From the NCBI GenBank assembly GCA_963840165.1, contig CAWIXT010000006.1, forward strand, positions 310,244 through 374,243: DNA of 64,000 nucleotides, given 5' to 3'. Shown here piece by piece: positions 1 to 9,846 of this stretch (its first letter is position 1; every line of letters begins with the position of its first letter). This DNA is from an uncultured Gemmatimonadales bacterium (GTDB lineage Bacteria; Gemmatimonadota; Gemmatimonadetes; Gemmatimonadales; GWC2-71-9). The translations under genes were made by a program, and so were the position numbers. The notes below the pieces were generated by a model. The model was not told the origin of the DNA. It saw nothing but the letters and a program-made list of their open reading frames with translations, and searched no databases.

Positions 1-39
1 AGAAAACTCGGGAAGGTCTTTGGGCATAGGCTCGATCGC

Positions 40-1666
40 TCATCCGGCCGCGACAACGCGCAGCCGCGGGGTGCGCGCGGCGCGCCCCTGCGCGCTCGGG
101 CCGCGCGCCAGACCAGCTCTACCTGCGTATCGAACGCCTTCTGAAACAGCGTCGACTTGCGCGTCCGCATCGGCCAATTCGACGTCGGGTGAGGAGGCCG
201 CCTCGAGGCTGAGCTGCAGCTGGCCTCGGACGAGTCGCACCTTGACCCCGGTCACCGACTGCGCGTGGGTTCGGTCGAGACCATCGGCGATCCGGAGGAT
301 GCCGCTCAGCCGCGCGATCAGCCTCCGCTCCTCCGACGAGGCGCGGGCGAGGTTCTCGTGCGACTTCTTCGGAAACGCCCGCCGGTGATATCGGGCCACA
401 TTGGCGATCAGCTCGACCTCGTGGGGCGAGAAGCCCGGCAGCTCGCCGTGCATGATCAGGTGATAGGCATGCTTGTGGTGCTTGGAGTGACTGATCAGGT
501 AGCCGATGTCGTGCAGGAGGGCCGCAGCCTGCAGCACGTCGCGGCTGTCCGCCGGCAACTCGAAGCGGTCCTTGAGGCCGTCGAAGATCTGGAGCGCCAG
601 GGTGGCCACCTGCTCGCAGTGACGCTCGTTGGACCGGCACTTGCGCGCCAGACGGCGGACCCACTCCATCCGATTGCCCGGCAGTGGGAATCTGGGCCAC
701 CGGCCGACGCCCGGGCAGACTCGGAGATCATCTGCAGCAGCAGGCCGTCGCGGATGCCGCGTTCGTTCACCAGGATCTGCTGGGTTCCCAGCCGCCTCAC
801 CAGGCGGCTGATGACGCGTGGCGCCCGGCCACGATGATGTCGGCCCGGTCCGCGCTCAGCCCCGGCATCTGGCGGCGGGCCTCCAGCGGCGCTTCCCGGA
901 GCCGGTCCAGCAGGTGGATGATCTCGGCAGGCGTCAGCACGTAGCCCTGCACCGATCCGTGCCGGCCCTCGCGCTGCCACTTCGACATGTGGGCCAGGGC
1001 GGTGAAGGTTCCCGCCGCTGCCGACCATGATCTCGGCCCGGTGCGCCGGCTGCCGGATGGTCGCCCGGAGCCTGCGGTCGATCTCCTGCCTTCATCTGCT
1101 TCCAGTGCTTGTCGCGGAGCGGATCGGACCGGACGAAGCGCTCGGTGACCCTGACCGCGCCCAGCGGAAGCGAGTAGACCTGATCGATGGCGGTTCCGGC
1201 CGAGAGGATGACCTCGACGCTGCCGCCGCCGATGTCCACCACCGCGGTGGAGCGGCCCTCGAGATCGAAGTGCCGGGCGGCGCTGCGGAAGGCCAGCTGG
1301 GCCTCCTCGTCACCGGAGATGACATCGATGCGAAGCTTATGCTGCCGCAGGACTTCCCGGGTGAAGGCCCGCCCGTTGGCCGCCTCCCGGACCGCGCTCG
1401 TGGCGATCGCCCGGATGCTCGGTGACTTTGAAGCCGTCGGCGATCGCCTTCATCTTCCCGATGGCGGCGAGCGCCCGCTCCACCGCCTCATCCGACAGCC
1501 GGCCGGTCCGGTCCAGATGCTCGCCCAGCCGCACCATCTCCCGCTCTTCGTCCAGGATCCGGTAGGTGTCATCGTCCTGGACCTCGGCGACGATCAGCCG
1601 GATGGTGTTGGTGCCGACGTCGATGGCGGCAAGCCGGGGCTGTGCCGAGGGCAGCGGACTAGTCAT
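40..1666 (-). pseudogene. ppx: Exopolyphosphatase / pppGpp phosphohydrolase, long Ppx/GppA form with HD domain; interrupted by at least 5 frameshifts; 3' end uncertain
   Basis: One protein is spread over minus-strand ORFs 1337..1714, 934..1242, 495..1028, 797..988 and 40..669. The N-terminus has AIDVGTNTIRLIV, the middle VVDIGGGSVEV, and the C-terminal HD region LLHDIGYLISHSKHHKHAY. The ATG at 1666 gives [18 protein letters not shown]. Shift points were read at about 1415, 1088, 1008, 830 and 690, with a possible further one near 165. Confidence 0.8.
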
Positions 1667-1794
1667 GGGCTTCCGATAGATATCTACCAAGAAGCGCTCC
1701 GCCGCCAGCCGCAATCGTCACGAAACGGTAACGATTGGGCAGGCGGGCAAGGGTCCTGTGATGCGGTTGGCTCCCCCTAATCCAGGTCTCCGTA

Positions 1795-2370
1795 TCAGCG
1801 GCTGGCCCCGGCCGGCTCCTGCTGATGAGCTTCCACGAACCAGAGCCACTGGTCGATCCCGCGCGAGATCTCGGTCAGAACGTCCGCGCTCCCGGCGTCC
1901 TCCAGCTCGTTCATCTCCTCGATCCCGATGCGAACGGTGCGTCCGAAAACAGCCAGGGCATCCGAGAGCGCTGCCACATGGTCGGTCCCGGACGAGATCG
2001 TCAGGGGATAGCCGGGCAGCGTCGTGCGCTTGGCCACGACACCGACGGTCCCTTCCGCGATGCCACCGAGCTGCACCACCCGCTCCGCAAGGAGGTCGAT
2101 GTACTCCTCCACCGCCTCATTGATCTCGTCAAACAGCTTGTGCAAAGCGATGAACTCGGGCCCCTTCACGTTCCAGTGGGCCTGCTTGCACTGGGTCTGC
2201 AGATCGATTGCCTCGGCCAGGCGCTGGTTCAGGAGCTCGGCGACTTGAGCCCTGGTCTCCCGGGGTAGATCGTTTTTGGTCGGGTAGAGCCGGCTCTCGG
2301 CGAACCGAGTCTCGGTAGCCTCGCGGGAAACCTGGGAACGCTCCGGGGGACGGGTGATAGTACGGGTCAT
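1795..2370 (-). CDS. dps: Dps family DNA-binding ferritin-like protein (191 aa)
   Basis: This is the C-terminal 191 aa of ORF 1795..2799, starting at the ATG at 2370 (MTRTITRPP). It carries the ferritin-like motif HWNVKGPEFIALHKLFDE. An AAGGAGAA Shine-Dalgarno lies just upstream. Confidence 0.9.
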   Translation of the reverse strand: MTRTITRPPERSQVSREATETRFAESRLYPTKNDLPRETRAQVAELLNQRLAEAIDLQTQCKQAHWNVKGPEFIALHKLFDEINEAVEEYIDLLAERVVQLGGIAEGTVGVVAKRTTLPGYPLTISSGTDHVAALSDALAVFGRTVRIGIEEMNELEDAGSADVLTEISRGIDQWLWFVEAHQQEPAGASR

Positions 2371-2429
2371 GATGACTTCTCCTTGAATCGAAGCAGCAGC
2401 GAACGTGGGTGCGATGCCAGGGCCGCCCT

Positions 2430-2903
2430 CTAGCGCGACACGATAAACAGGGCGAGCGCGATGGCGACGAGGTCCTCTGACACGGCCACGACCGGGTCGG
2501 GGACCTTGAGGGCCGCCACCAGGCGGGTCCGACCCCAATATCCCGCAAACGCTCCGACGAGTCCACCGGTTCCTCCCAGCACTGCTCCGAGCACGAGGGA
2601 CCGGCCGCCGGACGCACACAGGCAGGCACCCGAGAGCCCACCAAGCACCACCCTTGCCATCAGCGGACCCGGCGCGGTACGGCTGGGAGTGCGGGGATGC
2701 AAGTCGGCGAGGTATTCGGCGGCGGCCAACAGCGAAAACCCGACCAAAGCAACCGTGGATCCCATGAAAGCGAGGGCGGAGCTCTCCAGCTGGAGCCATC
2801 CAAGGCGCGCTCCCCAGCTCACGGCGGCGGGAGCCGTCAGGGAGCGCAAACCCGCGACGAAACCGATCAGGCCGGCTAGCGCGAAGACGCTATCGCTTTG
2901 CAT
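2430..2903 (-). CDS. Integral membrane protein, DUF4126-like
   Basis: Intact 157-aa ORF with an ATG start. It has four Gly/Ala-rich hydrophobic segments. The family assignment is from memory of the sequence style only. Confidence 0.55.
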   Translation of the reverse strand: MQSDSVFALAGLIGFVAGLRSLTAPAAVSWGARLGWLQLESSALAFMGSTVALVGFSLLAAAEYLADLHPRTPSRTAPGPLMARVVLGGLSGACLCASGGRSLVLGAVLGGTGGLVGAFAGYWGRTRLVAALKVPDPVVAVSEDLVAIALALFIVSR

Positions 2904-3053
2904 ATGCTGATGTTAGGGAAGATGGCCGGGAGTGCTTGCACTTTGGTGTTCTCCAGAGAGGACGCCCCGGCGAGATGGCGCAGGATACTTATGGATCATA
3001 AGAGTACGGCGGAGGGGAACCGCGGGGCCATTGGACGTTGGTCGAGGGACCTA

Positions 3054-3126
3054 TGAGGGCGGTGGGACTCGAACCCACGACCTAGGGATTAAAAGTCCCT
3101 TGCTCTACCAACTGAGCTACGCCCCC
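3054..3126 (-). tRNA. tRNA-Lys (anticodon UUU)
   Basis: The reverse complement folds as a cloverleaf: acceptor GGGGGCG/CGCCCTC, anticodon stem AGGGA/TCCCT with loop CTTTTAA, and T-arm GTGGG TTCGAGT CCCAC. No CCA is encoded. Confidence 0.9.
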
Positions 3127-3298
3127 GAGTCCCTGAATCTTCTTCCCTTATGCGGCTTACACAAGCGTCGCTGTGGCCCTCTGGGCCGAGAATCGGTGCC
3201 GTGGTGGTGCGCGAAGTCACATCCCTGTGCGATAGCGATGGTTACCTTACGCTCGACCCTTGGAGGCGGACTGTCCCACCAGCACGCAGGTAGATGTG

Positions 3299-3502
3299 AT
3301 GGCGCAAATCCCACCGTGGCACTCGATACGCTCACGAGATCGCAATGTGTACCACGACGACGACCAATGCCCGGCAGGCCGGGAGATCGACATAAAATAT
3401 CGCAAGGCGGGCCACCGGTGCCGGAGCCGGTGCCCCATATGTACCAAGTTGCGAGCGGAGTCCCAGAACGCCGAACGACTGGCCCGCCTCACCCCGCTCT
3501 AG
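3299..3502 (+). CDS. Small Cys-rich protein (67 aa), possible zinc-ribbon
   Basis: Internal ATG of ORF 3260..3502. The sequence VYHDDDQCPAGREIDIKYRKAGHRCRSRCPICTKL has a C...C...CxxC arrangement that resembles small conserved proteins seen in many GC-rich bacteria. The ribosome-binding site is weak. Confidence 0.35.
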   Translation: MAQIPPWHSIRSRDRNVYHDDDQCPAGREIDIKYRKAGHRCRSRCPICTKLRAESQNAERLARLTPL

Positions 3503-3511
3503 GATTGTCGC

Positions 3512-5251
3512 TTACTTGATCCGGACGATCTTCGCCACCGACGGGACTCCCGCGCCGTTCAGAATGAACAGCAGGTAGTGCCCGGGAGGGGTGCGTCTGC
3601 GGGACGTGACGGGAGAGACGTTGAGCCCTGTAGCATCTCGAGTAAAGCCCAGGGTCTGGAACCGCTGATTCATGTTCAGTCCGTGCGTGACCGATCCCAG
3701 CCGGATCAGACTCACTTTGGAGATGGCGGCGGCGTCGGGCGTCGCCACCCTGAACGTAGAGTTATACAGCACGGCGCTTGGCGCGCTGGAGATGCGAGGC
3801 CGGGCCCCCTTGAACAGATAGGGCGGAGAGAAGATCTCGGCGCTCTTCTGATCCGGGTTGTTGCTTGAGTCGCCCGACCCGGAGACGAGCACCCTTGCAT
3901 CCGGAAGCAGGAGAGCCGTAGCGTGATAGACCCGAGGCGTCGTACCGCTCGAGAGCGTAGTCCACACACCGGTCTTCGGATTCCACACCTCCGCGCTGCG
4001 CACGACCCGCGTGAGATCGTTGAACCCGCTTCCGCCGGTGCCGCTCGTGGCGAGCACTTCGCCAGTTGGAAGCACCGTTAAAGTGTGATGTCGCCGAGGC
4101 TGGGCCATCGAGCCGGTCCACTGCCAGGCCGGCGTCGCGCTATTGAGGTCGATGGTCTCGGCCGTCGCCGTGGTGCGGCCGCCGCCGGCGTAGAGAATCT
4201 TCCCCGGCTCGTACATCACCGCCGACCCATAATCTCTCACGCCGAACCGGCGCTCGCCCACCGTGGTCCATTTGCCGCTACCCGAGATGTCCAGCATTCG
4301 GGTAGTTCGCTGCTCGCCCGCATAGAACAGCTTCCCCGCGCGGGGCTCCAGAAAGATGACCGGGTAGTAGGGCAGCGTGAGGCTGGCGCCGGTAAGTCTC
4401 CTGACCACTCCGTTGTTCCAGACCTCGGGGACCGGGACGATCACCCCGTTCTGGTCTTTCCCCGATACCGCGACCATCTCGCCGTTTGACATGGTGGCGA
4501 CGGTGGGGTACCAACGCCCCCGCTGCATCGGGGTAGAAGCAGACCAACTCGTCCCGTTGAAGAGAGAGATGTTGGGGTAGCCGTGCTCCATGGATATGTG
4601 CCCGCCGAAAACTACCAGCCGTCCGTCGGAGGCGAAGGCGTGCCCGCTGCAGAAGAGCGGCACAGGACTGGCCCGGGCAGTGAACGTCCGGGTGATGGGG
4701 TCCCACAGCTGAGGGTCACCATCCAGACCCCAGGACAGGACCTTGCCGTTGCTCAGCAGGTTCAGGTGTACCGCGACGATCTGCGGCACACCCCACGCGA
4801 AGGGCGCGCTCCAGGATCCGGCCTGTGCCAGCGTGGCGGCGGCAAGCTGGCCGGTGAAGCCGGTAGGCGTGCAGGGAACCTCATCGTTGGCCCGGGTGAT
4901 GCTGACCCGTCCCTCGAAGGAAAGCTCGACGGAGCCGCGGCTCCTGGTCTCTATCTCCGCCTCTGCCACCGACGGATCCTCCTCGGGGGCAGGCTGAAGG
5001 GTCACGCCGCCTTCTTCGGTGGTTCCGATCACCCGCCAGCTGACGCTCACCGGAACAGAGTAGGAGCTAGCAACAATGAACCGGTTGCCGCACACATAAG
5101 ACAGACGGATGGGCTGGTCACTGTCGTCCGCGGGCTGGCCGGGACCGGGGGAATTTGGCGCGGGCCCCGCGCCCTCTTCGGAAGTGTCGCGACATGCCGA
5201 GGTGACAAACACAACGGCAACCGCCCACCGCAGCAGGGGGCGGACTGCCAT
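3512..5251 (-). CDS. Secreted/lipoprotein kelch beta-propeller protein, galactose/glyoxal-oxidase-like with a C-terminal DUF1929-type Ig-like domain
   Basis: The ATG at 5251 gives MAVRPLLRWAVAVVFVTSAC, a lipobox-like signal. The body has repeated kelch-like blades. The C-terminus PPGHYLLFILNGAGVPSVAKIVRI is typical of the E-set domain of galactose-oxidase relatives. There are no frameshifts. Confidence 0.7.
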   Translation of the reverse strand: MAVRPLLRWAVAVVFVTSACRDTSEEGAGPAPNSPGPGQPADDSDQPIRLSYVCGNRFIVASSYSVPVSVSWRVIGTTEEGGVTLQPAPEEDPSVAEAEIETRSRGSVELSFEGRVSITRANDEVPCTPTGFTGQLAAATLAQAGSWSAPFAWGVPQIVAVHLNLLSNGKVLSWGLDGDPQLWDPITRTFTARASPVPLFCSGHAFASDGRLVVFGGHISMEHGYPNISLFNGTSWSASTPMQRGRWYPTVATMSNGEMVAVSGKDQNGVIVPVPEVWNNGVVRRLTGASLTLPYYPVIFLEPRAGKLFYAGEQRTTRMLDISGSGKWTTVGERRFGVRDYGSAVMYEPGKILYAGGGRTTATAETIDLNSATPAWQWTGSMAQPRRHHTLTVLPTGEVLATSGTGGSGFNDLTRVVRSAEVWNPKTGVWTTLSSGTTPRVYHATALLLPDARVLVSGSGDSSNNPDQKSAEIFSPPYLFKGARPRISSAPSAVLYNSTFRVATPDAAAISKVSLIRLGSVTHGLNMNQRFQTLGFTRDATGLNVSPVTSRRRTPPGHYLLFILNGAGVPSVAKIVRIK

Positions 5252-5404
5252 GGAACAACCACCGAGCACAGGCCCTCCTGCCGCTCTGGTGCGGTTGATC
5301 TCGAGTAAATATGGAATCCGGTAGCTCAACCTTATGACCTAAGCTGCAGCCCGTCAAGCGACACGCCTCTTCCCTCCGGGCTCGCCCGCCTGTAGTCTCC
5401 GCCC

Positions 5405-6079
5405 ATGAGAATCCTGGTGACGGGCACTGACTCCCACGTAGGTAAGACGTGGGCGGGATGTGCACTGGCACAGGCGCTTCGAAGCGCCGGGCGCCGGGTG
5501 GTGGCGGTAAAGCCGGTGGAGACCGGGTGCCACGGTGCACCAGGGGATCGAGAGGACGGCGTGCTGCTGGCCCAGGCAACCGGGCAGTCGCAGCCTGCCC
5601 ACGCCATTTTTCGCGTGACCGATCCGGTGCCACCCGCGCTCGCCAGCGACCGCTCCGGCATCACCATCGACTTCGATGCGCTGGTGCTGAAGCTGGAGCG
5701 CTACGCCGACGACGCCGACTATCTCCTGATCGAGGGGGTGGGAGGCCTGCTCACGCCGATGACGTGGGAGTGGAACATGGTGGACGTGGCCAAGGCGCTG
5801 GGCGCCTGCGTCCTCGTGGTGGCGGTCGATCGGGTGGGGGCGATCAACGGCACACTGCTCGCCCTCAGCGCGCTCGAGCTGGCAGGGGTGTCCTGTGCTG
5901 GGGTCTTACTCACCACACCGGAGTCGCCCGATCAGACCACCGGAGTGAACGGGCCCGCGATCGCTCGACTGTCGGGGCTGGATCGCGTCGTGACCGCGCC
6001 GAGAACGGCATATCCCGACCGTACCGAAGCGATGCGCACGGTGGTCAGCTGGCTGAGCCGGATGCCGGTGGCTACGTGA
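5405..6079 (+). CDS. bioD: ATP-dependent dethiobiotin synthetase
   Basis: MRILVTGTDSHVGKTW P-loop, and IEGVGGLLTP. The ORF is 224 aa and intact. Confidence 0.9.
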   Translation: MRILVTGTDSHVGKTWAGCALAQALRSAGRRVVAVKPVETGCHGAPGDREDGVLLAQATGQSQPAHAIFRVTDPVPPALASDRSGITIDFDALVLKLERYADDADYLLIEGVGGLLTPMTWEWNMVDVAKALGACVLVVAVDRVGAINGTLLALSALELAGVSCAGVLLTTPESPDQTTGVNGPAIARLSGLDRVVTAPRTAYPDRTEAMRTVVSWLSRMPVAT

Positions 6080-6081
6080 AC

Positions 6082-6245
6082 GGGGAGGACGGGAAGGACG
6101 GGAAGGACGGGAAGGCGGGAACCAACAGACTCGTATCGCGATGCTAAGTAGCCCTGCTAAGACAGCGGTTTGGACCGCGCACCATGAATTGTAGATGTCT
6201 CCTCTTTCCCGTCTTTCCCGCCCTTCCCGCCTAACCCTTCCCCTC
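6082..6245. repeat. Paired inverted arrays of a 9-bp tandem repeat, (GGACGGGAA)n and its complement, around a lower-GC spacer of about 78 bp
   Basis: The left arm (6082-6122) reads ggggaggacgggaaggacgggaaggacgggaaggcgggaac. The right arm (6201-6245) reads cctctttcccgtctttcccgcccttcccgcctaacccttcccctc. The element sits between the convergent bioD and pepN ends. Confidence 0.85.
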
Positions 6246-8616
6246 AATCTGTCGCTCGATCGCCTCCAGCACCCAGCGCCGCACCCAGGGCCGAGAGTCG
6301 CTCCCGGTGCTGAACCAGCGCGGTCAGCGCCCGAGTGTCTCCCTCGGAGGCCAGGGTGGCCAGCACCAGGGACGGCAGCTGCTGGTCGCCGAGAATCTTT
6401 TCCAGTCCGTCGATGAGCGTCGAATCAGGCGCGCGGGCCGCGGCGGCGATCGCCGCGTTCTGAATGACGTCGCGGTAGGAGGACGTGGTCGAGCCCGGCC
6501 AGCACCGGGGCCGAGACCCGACCGAATCGATGCGGGCGAGAACGGCAAGCGCGCCGGCTCGGACCTCGTAGCTCGAGTCGCGCTTCCAGGCATTCAGGGC
6601 GGCGGTCTGCGCCCGCTCCCGCCCAGAGCTCCCAGGCTGCTGATTGCCGCCTCCCGCACCGCGGCGGAGGTGTCGCGCATCGCGGCCTCCAGCGGCGGTA
6701 GCGCCACCCGCGCCGGGAACCGGCGCAGCGCCCTCGCCGCCTCAGCCCGGGTCAGATAGTAGTCCGCCCGCTGGGCCGCTCGCGCCAGCGCCGCTGCCGC
6801 AAGCGAGTCGTCGGCCGCGCTGGGCCAGCTGATCGATCACCCAGCTCCGGTTCCAGAGATCGGGATCGCGAAACAGCTGGGTGGCCAGCCAGCGAGTCGG
6901 CTGCTCGAAGGCGAGCGTCTTGACCATGGCGTTGTTCTCGTCGAACACCACCATCTGGGGCTGCGATTTCACGCCCTCCGATCAGGATGACCTGCTCCCG
7001 CCGGTCCAGCTGGACCCGCTTCCGCACGTCCCCGGCTGAGGTGCCCACCCGGATCATGACCGGCCCCTGAAAGACCAGCGGGGTGGCGAACCGAAGACCG
7101 GAGCTGTCGGCTCGGGCGGTGTCCACCTGGGATCTGGTGCACCGTCAGCGCAAGCGTCCCCGCGACGGAATCGTACGCGGCAGTGACGTTGAACTCGGGG
7201 TAGCCCGCCGGATAGATCCACTGGTTCCAGAACCAGTCCAGGTTCCGCCCGGTGGCATAGAGCACCGCGCGCCGGAGATCGTCGCTGGTGGCGTTGCCGA
7301 AGGCATGCCGGGTGAGATACCGGTTGATGGAGGCCCAGAACCGCTCCGGACCCAGATGCTTCTTCAGCATCTGCAGGACCAGGGCGCCCTTGGTGTAGAC
7401 GTTGTTGGAGTTGAACGACGGCCAGCGGCACCCGCCGCCGGGCATCGGCGGCCAGGAAACGCCGGTACTCGTCGAGGTAGAAGTCGTCCTCCGCATGGCG
7501 GCCCAGCTTCGTGCCCCAGTACTGCCCGGCCATGAACTCGGCCATCCCCTCGTTGAGCCAGTAGTTGGACCAGTTCTCGGTGGTGACCAGGTTGCCGAAC
7601 CACTGGTGGGCGAGCTCATGCGGGATCAGCGAGTGGCGATACCAGGGCCGGTCGCGATAGGCTCGGGCATCCGGCAGCCAGTCCACCAGGGTGGTGGCGC
7701 CCACGTTTTCCATCCCGCCGATGAAGTCGGTGACGGTGGTCTGCGGGTAGCCGGCCCAGGGGTACTTCACGCCGGTGAGCCGGGTGAAGACCTCCATCAT
7801 GTCCGGTGTCGCGCCGAAGAGGCGGCGAGCCAGCGGCAGGTCCTCGGAGTAGACGTAGTACTCCAGCGGGATGTCACGCCAGCGCTCGGTCACCTTGGTC
7901 AACGGCGCAACTACCAGCGAGACCAGATAGGTCGAGGCGGGCCGCTCCTGACGCCAGTGCACGGTGTGGGTCCGCTGCTTTGCCGCGGCCGGAGAGCCTC
8001 GACTCACCGGATCGGGTTTGTCGCTCACCAGCCGGCCGTTCGAGACAACCGTGAGACCCACCGGCACCCGGGCGATCAGCTCCCAGGTCGCCTTGTCGTG
8101 GGGGCCGGCGTAGGTGGGAATCCAGTTGGGATTGCCGTCGGTGCCGCCGCCGCTGTACACCTGCTGGGTCCGCCGTCGGCGGCCGGGCTCGGCCTTGAAG
8201 AAGTAGAGACCGCGGCCCTGCATCACCTTGCCGCGATAGTCGATGGTGAGACGCATCGTGTCGCGGAAACCGGCCGGTCGCGGCAGCCGCACGACGATCG
8301 AATCACCCACCCGCGAATACTGGACGGGCGGACGGGCGGACGGGCGGACGGTTGAACGCGCCGAGCTCAGGGTGACGGTGCGGACGGCCAATCGCCGACC
8401 CATGTTCAGTACGATCGAATCCAGTCCCGGCTTGAGCGACACGAGCGTGGTGCTCACGTTGCCGTCGAAGGCGGTGGCATCCCAGTCGAAGTTGCCGACC
8501 TCGATGCGCTGATGAATGAGGTCGTAGTCGTGCGACGGGGTATCGCGGCCGCTGAGGATCCGTTCGGCGTTGGACTGCTGCGCCGAGAGCGAGGCGAGCC
8601 CCAGGAGCATCCTCAT
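6231..8616 (-). pseudogene. pepN: M1-family aminopeptidase N with a C-terminal HEAT-like repeat region; at least 6 frameshifts
   Basis: The GGMENVG exopeptidase motif and HELAHQWFGN...WLNEG gluzincin motif lie in ORF 7054..8625. The protein continues in other frames (6969..7619, 6752..7126, 6742..6972, and unlisted frames down to about 6231). The ATG at 8616 gives MRMLLGLASLSAQQ. Confidence 0.8.
8322..8379. repeat. 8-bp tandem array (GGACGGGC x3.75) plus a core-like segment embedded in frame in the pepN coding sequence
   Basis: Plus-strand ggacgggcggacgggcggacgggcggacgg occupies 8322-8351. The adjacent gctcagggtgac is identical to 12 nt of the intergenic core element. The region is translated as TVTLSSARSTVRPSARPPVQ in ORF 7054..8625. 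Confidence 0.7.
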
Positions 8617-8689
8617 CCCGAGCAACGCGAGGGATCAGCCGGCGCACGCGCGGACGTCGAGTAGGTCCCTCGCTGCGCTCAGGATGAGG
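8611..8689. repeat. Palindromic core element: two inverted arms of about 25 bp with a loop of about 27 bp
   Basis: cctcatcccgagcaacgcgagggatc (8611-8636) faces ggtccctcgctgcgctcaggatgagg (8664-8689). It lies between the pepN start and the rnhB stop. Confidence 0.8.
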
Positions 8690-8701
8690 AGCCCTCTTGG
8701 A

Positions 8702-9338
8702 TCACAGCGACAGAGTCAGCTGGGCGAGCGGAGCGAAGGTCAGACGATGGTGCCTGGTGGGGCCGAGTGCCTGGATGCCTTCCTGATGCTCCTCGGTGCC
8801 GTAGCCCTACATTGGTGTGCCAGCCGTAGCCGGGATGGCGGACGGCCAGCCGGTGCATGAGGAGGTCGCGAACCGTCTTGGCCAGGATGGCGGCAGCCGA
8901 GATCGACTGGCAGCGCGCATCGCCGTCTACCAGGGCGTCGTGGGGGTAACCGATTTCGGGCAGCGGAAGGCCGTCGATGAGGATGCGGTAGGGGCGGCCC
9001 AGCACGGCGCGGCGAATGAGCTGGCCGATGGCCCGGCGCATGGCCAGGGCGGTGGCGACGCGGATGTTGTAGCGGTCGATCTCGTGGGCCGAGGCCGCAC
9101 CGATGCCGAAGGCGATGACGCGGCCCCGGATCTTCTCGGCCAGCCGCGCTCGCTTGCGCGGCGGAAGGATCTTGCTGTCGCGGAGACCCCGAACGCAGGA
9201 GCAACCGGCAGGAAATACAACGGCCGCAGCCACCACTGGTCCAGCCAGGGGGCCGCGGCCGGCCTCGTCAACACCGACGAGGAGATGCTCCTCCGCCCAA
9301 ACCGCCCGTTCGCGGATCAGTGTGGGTCGAGGGGCCAT
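8702..9338 (-). pseudogene. rnhB: Ribonuclease HII; one frameshift near 8810
   Basis: VGVDEAGRGPLAGPVV is in ORF 8679..9338. After HPGYGWHTN the conserved tail [30 protein letters not shown] is only readable after shifting one frame, and the stop then falls at 8702. Confidence 0.85.
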
Positions 9339-9342
9339 CGGC

Positions 9343-9690
9343 TCAGCTCTCGCGCTTCTCCCGGATTCGGGCGGCCTTGCCGCTCAGCGCGCGCAGGTAG
9401 TACAGCTTGGCGCGGCGCACCCGGCCCCGGCGCACCAGGTCGACCGAGGCGATGGTCGGGCTGTGCAGCGGGAAGAGCCGCTCGACCCCGACACCGGCCG
9501 AGATCTTCCGGACCGTGAAGGTCTCGCTGATCCCGCCGCCCCGCTTGGCGATGACCATCCCCTCGAACGCCTGGAGCCGCTCCTTGTCGCCCTCGCGGAC
9601 GCGGACCATGACCCGGACGGTGTCTCCCGGCTCGAATGCAGGAATGTCCGTGCGCAAGCCCTCACGGGCCACTTCTGCCAATCGCTCCAT
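9343..9690 (-). CDS. rplS: 50S ribosomal protein L19
   Basis: Intact 115-aa ORF with [35 protein letters not shown]. Confidence 0.95.
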   Translation of the reverse strand: MERLAEVAREGLRTDIPAFEPGDTVRVMVRVREGDKERLQAFEGMVIAKRGGGISETFTVRKISAGVGVERLFPLHSPTIASVDLVRRGRVRRAKLYYLRALSGKAARIREKRES

Positions 9691-9779
9691 GGTCCCATCC
9701 TCCTTCGGTCGTTCGGTATACGGAAAAGCTGCAACGATCTTAGTACTATGACCCGATTTGTCATCTGGCCTGCGACCGA

Positions 9780-9846
9780 GTCATCCGGAGTGCAACGAAG
9801 GATCCCTTCGATAGCGCGCAGAGATCCTTCGCTTCGCTCAGGATGA
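9780..9846. repeat. Palindromic core element (second copy of the 8611-type hairpin pair)
   Basis: gtcatccggagtgcaacgaaggatccc faces agatccttcgcttcgctcaggatgac. It lies between trmD and rplS. It accounts for the spurious peptide VILSEAKDL in ORF 9761..10513. Confidence 0.8.

Noticed and set aside
1795-2799. 334-aa ORF suggesting a large Dps fusion protein
   Set aside because: Only the last 191 aa are Dps-like, with their own ATG and Shine-Dalgarno. The upstream 143 aa overlap the DUF4126 gene region in another frame and are Arg/Pro-rich noise.
2932-3519. 195-aa plus-strand ORF spanning the tRNA-Lys region
   Set aside because: It runs antisense straight through a well-folded tRNA gene, shows no motifs, and overlaps the small Cys-rich ORF in another frame.
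3054-5329. Integrated mobile element or genomic island at tRNA-Lys (and likewise at tRNA-Leu, 62068)
   Set aside because: There is no integrase, no direct repeat of the tRNA 3' end, and no compositional break visible by eye. The neighbouring genes look chromosomal.
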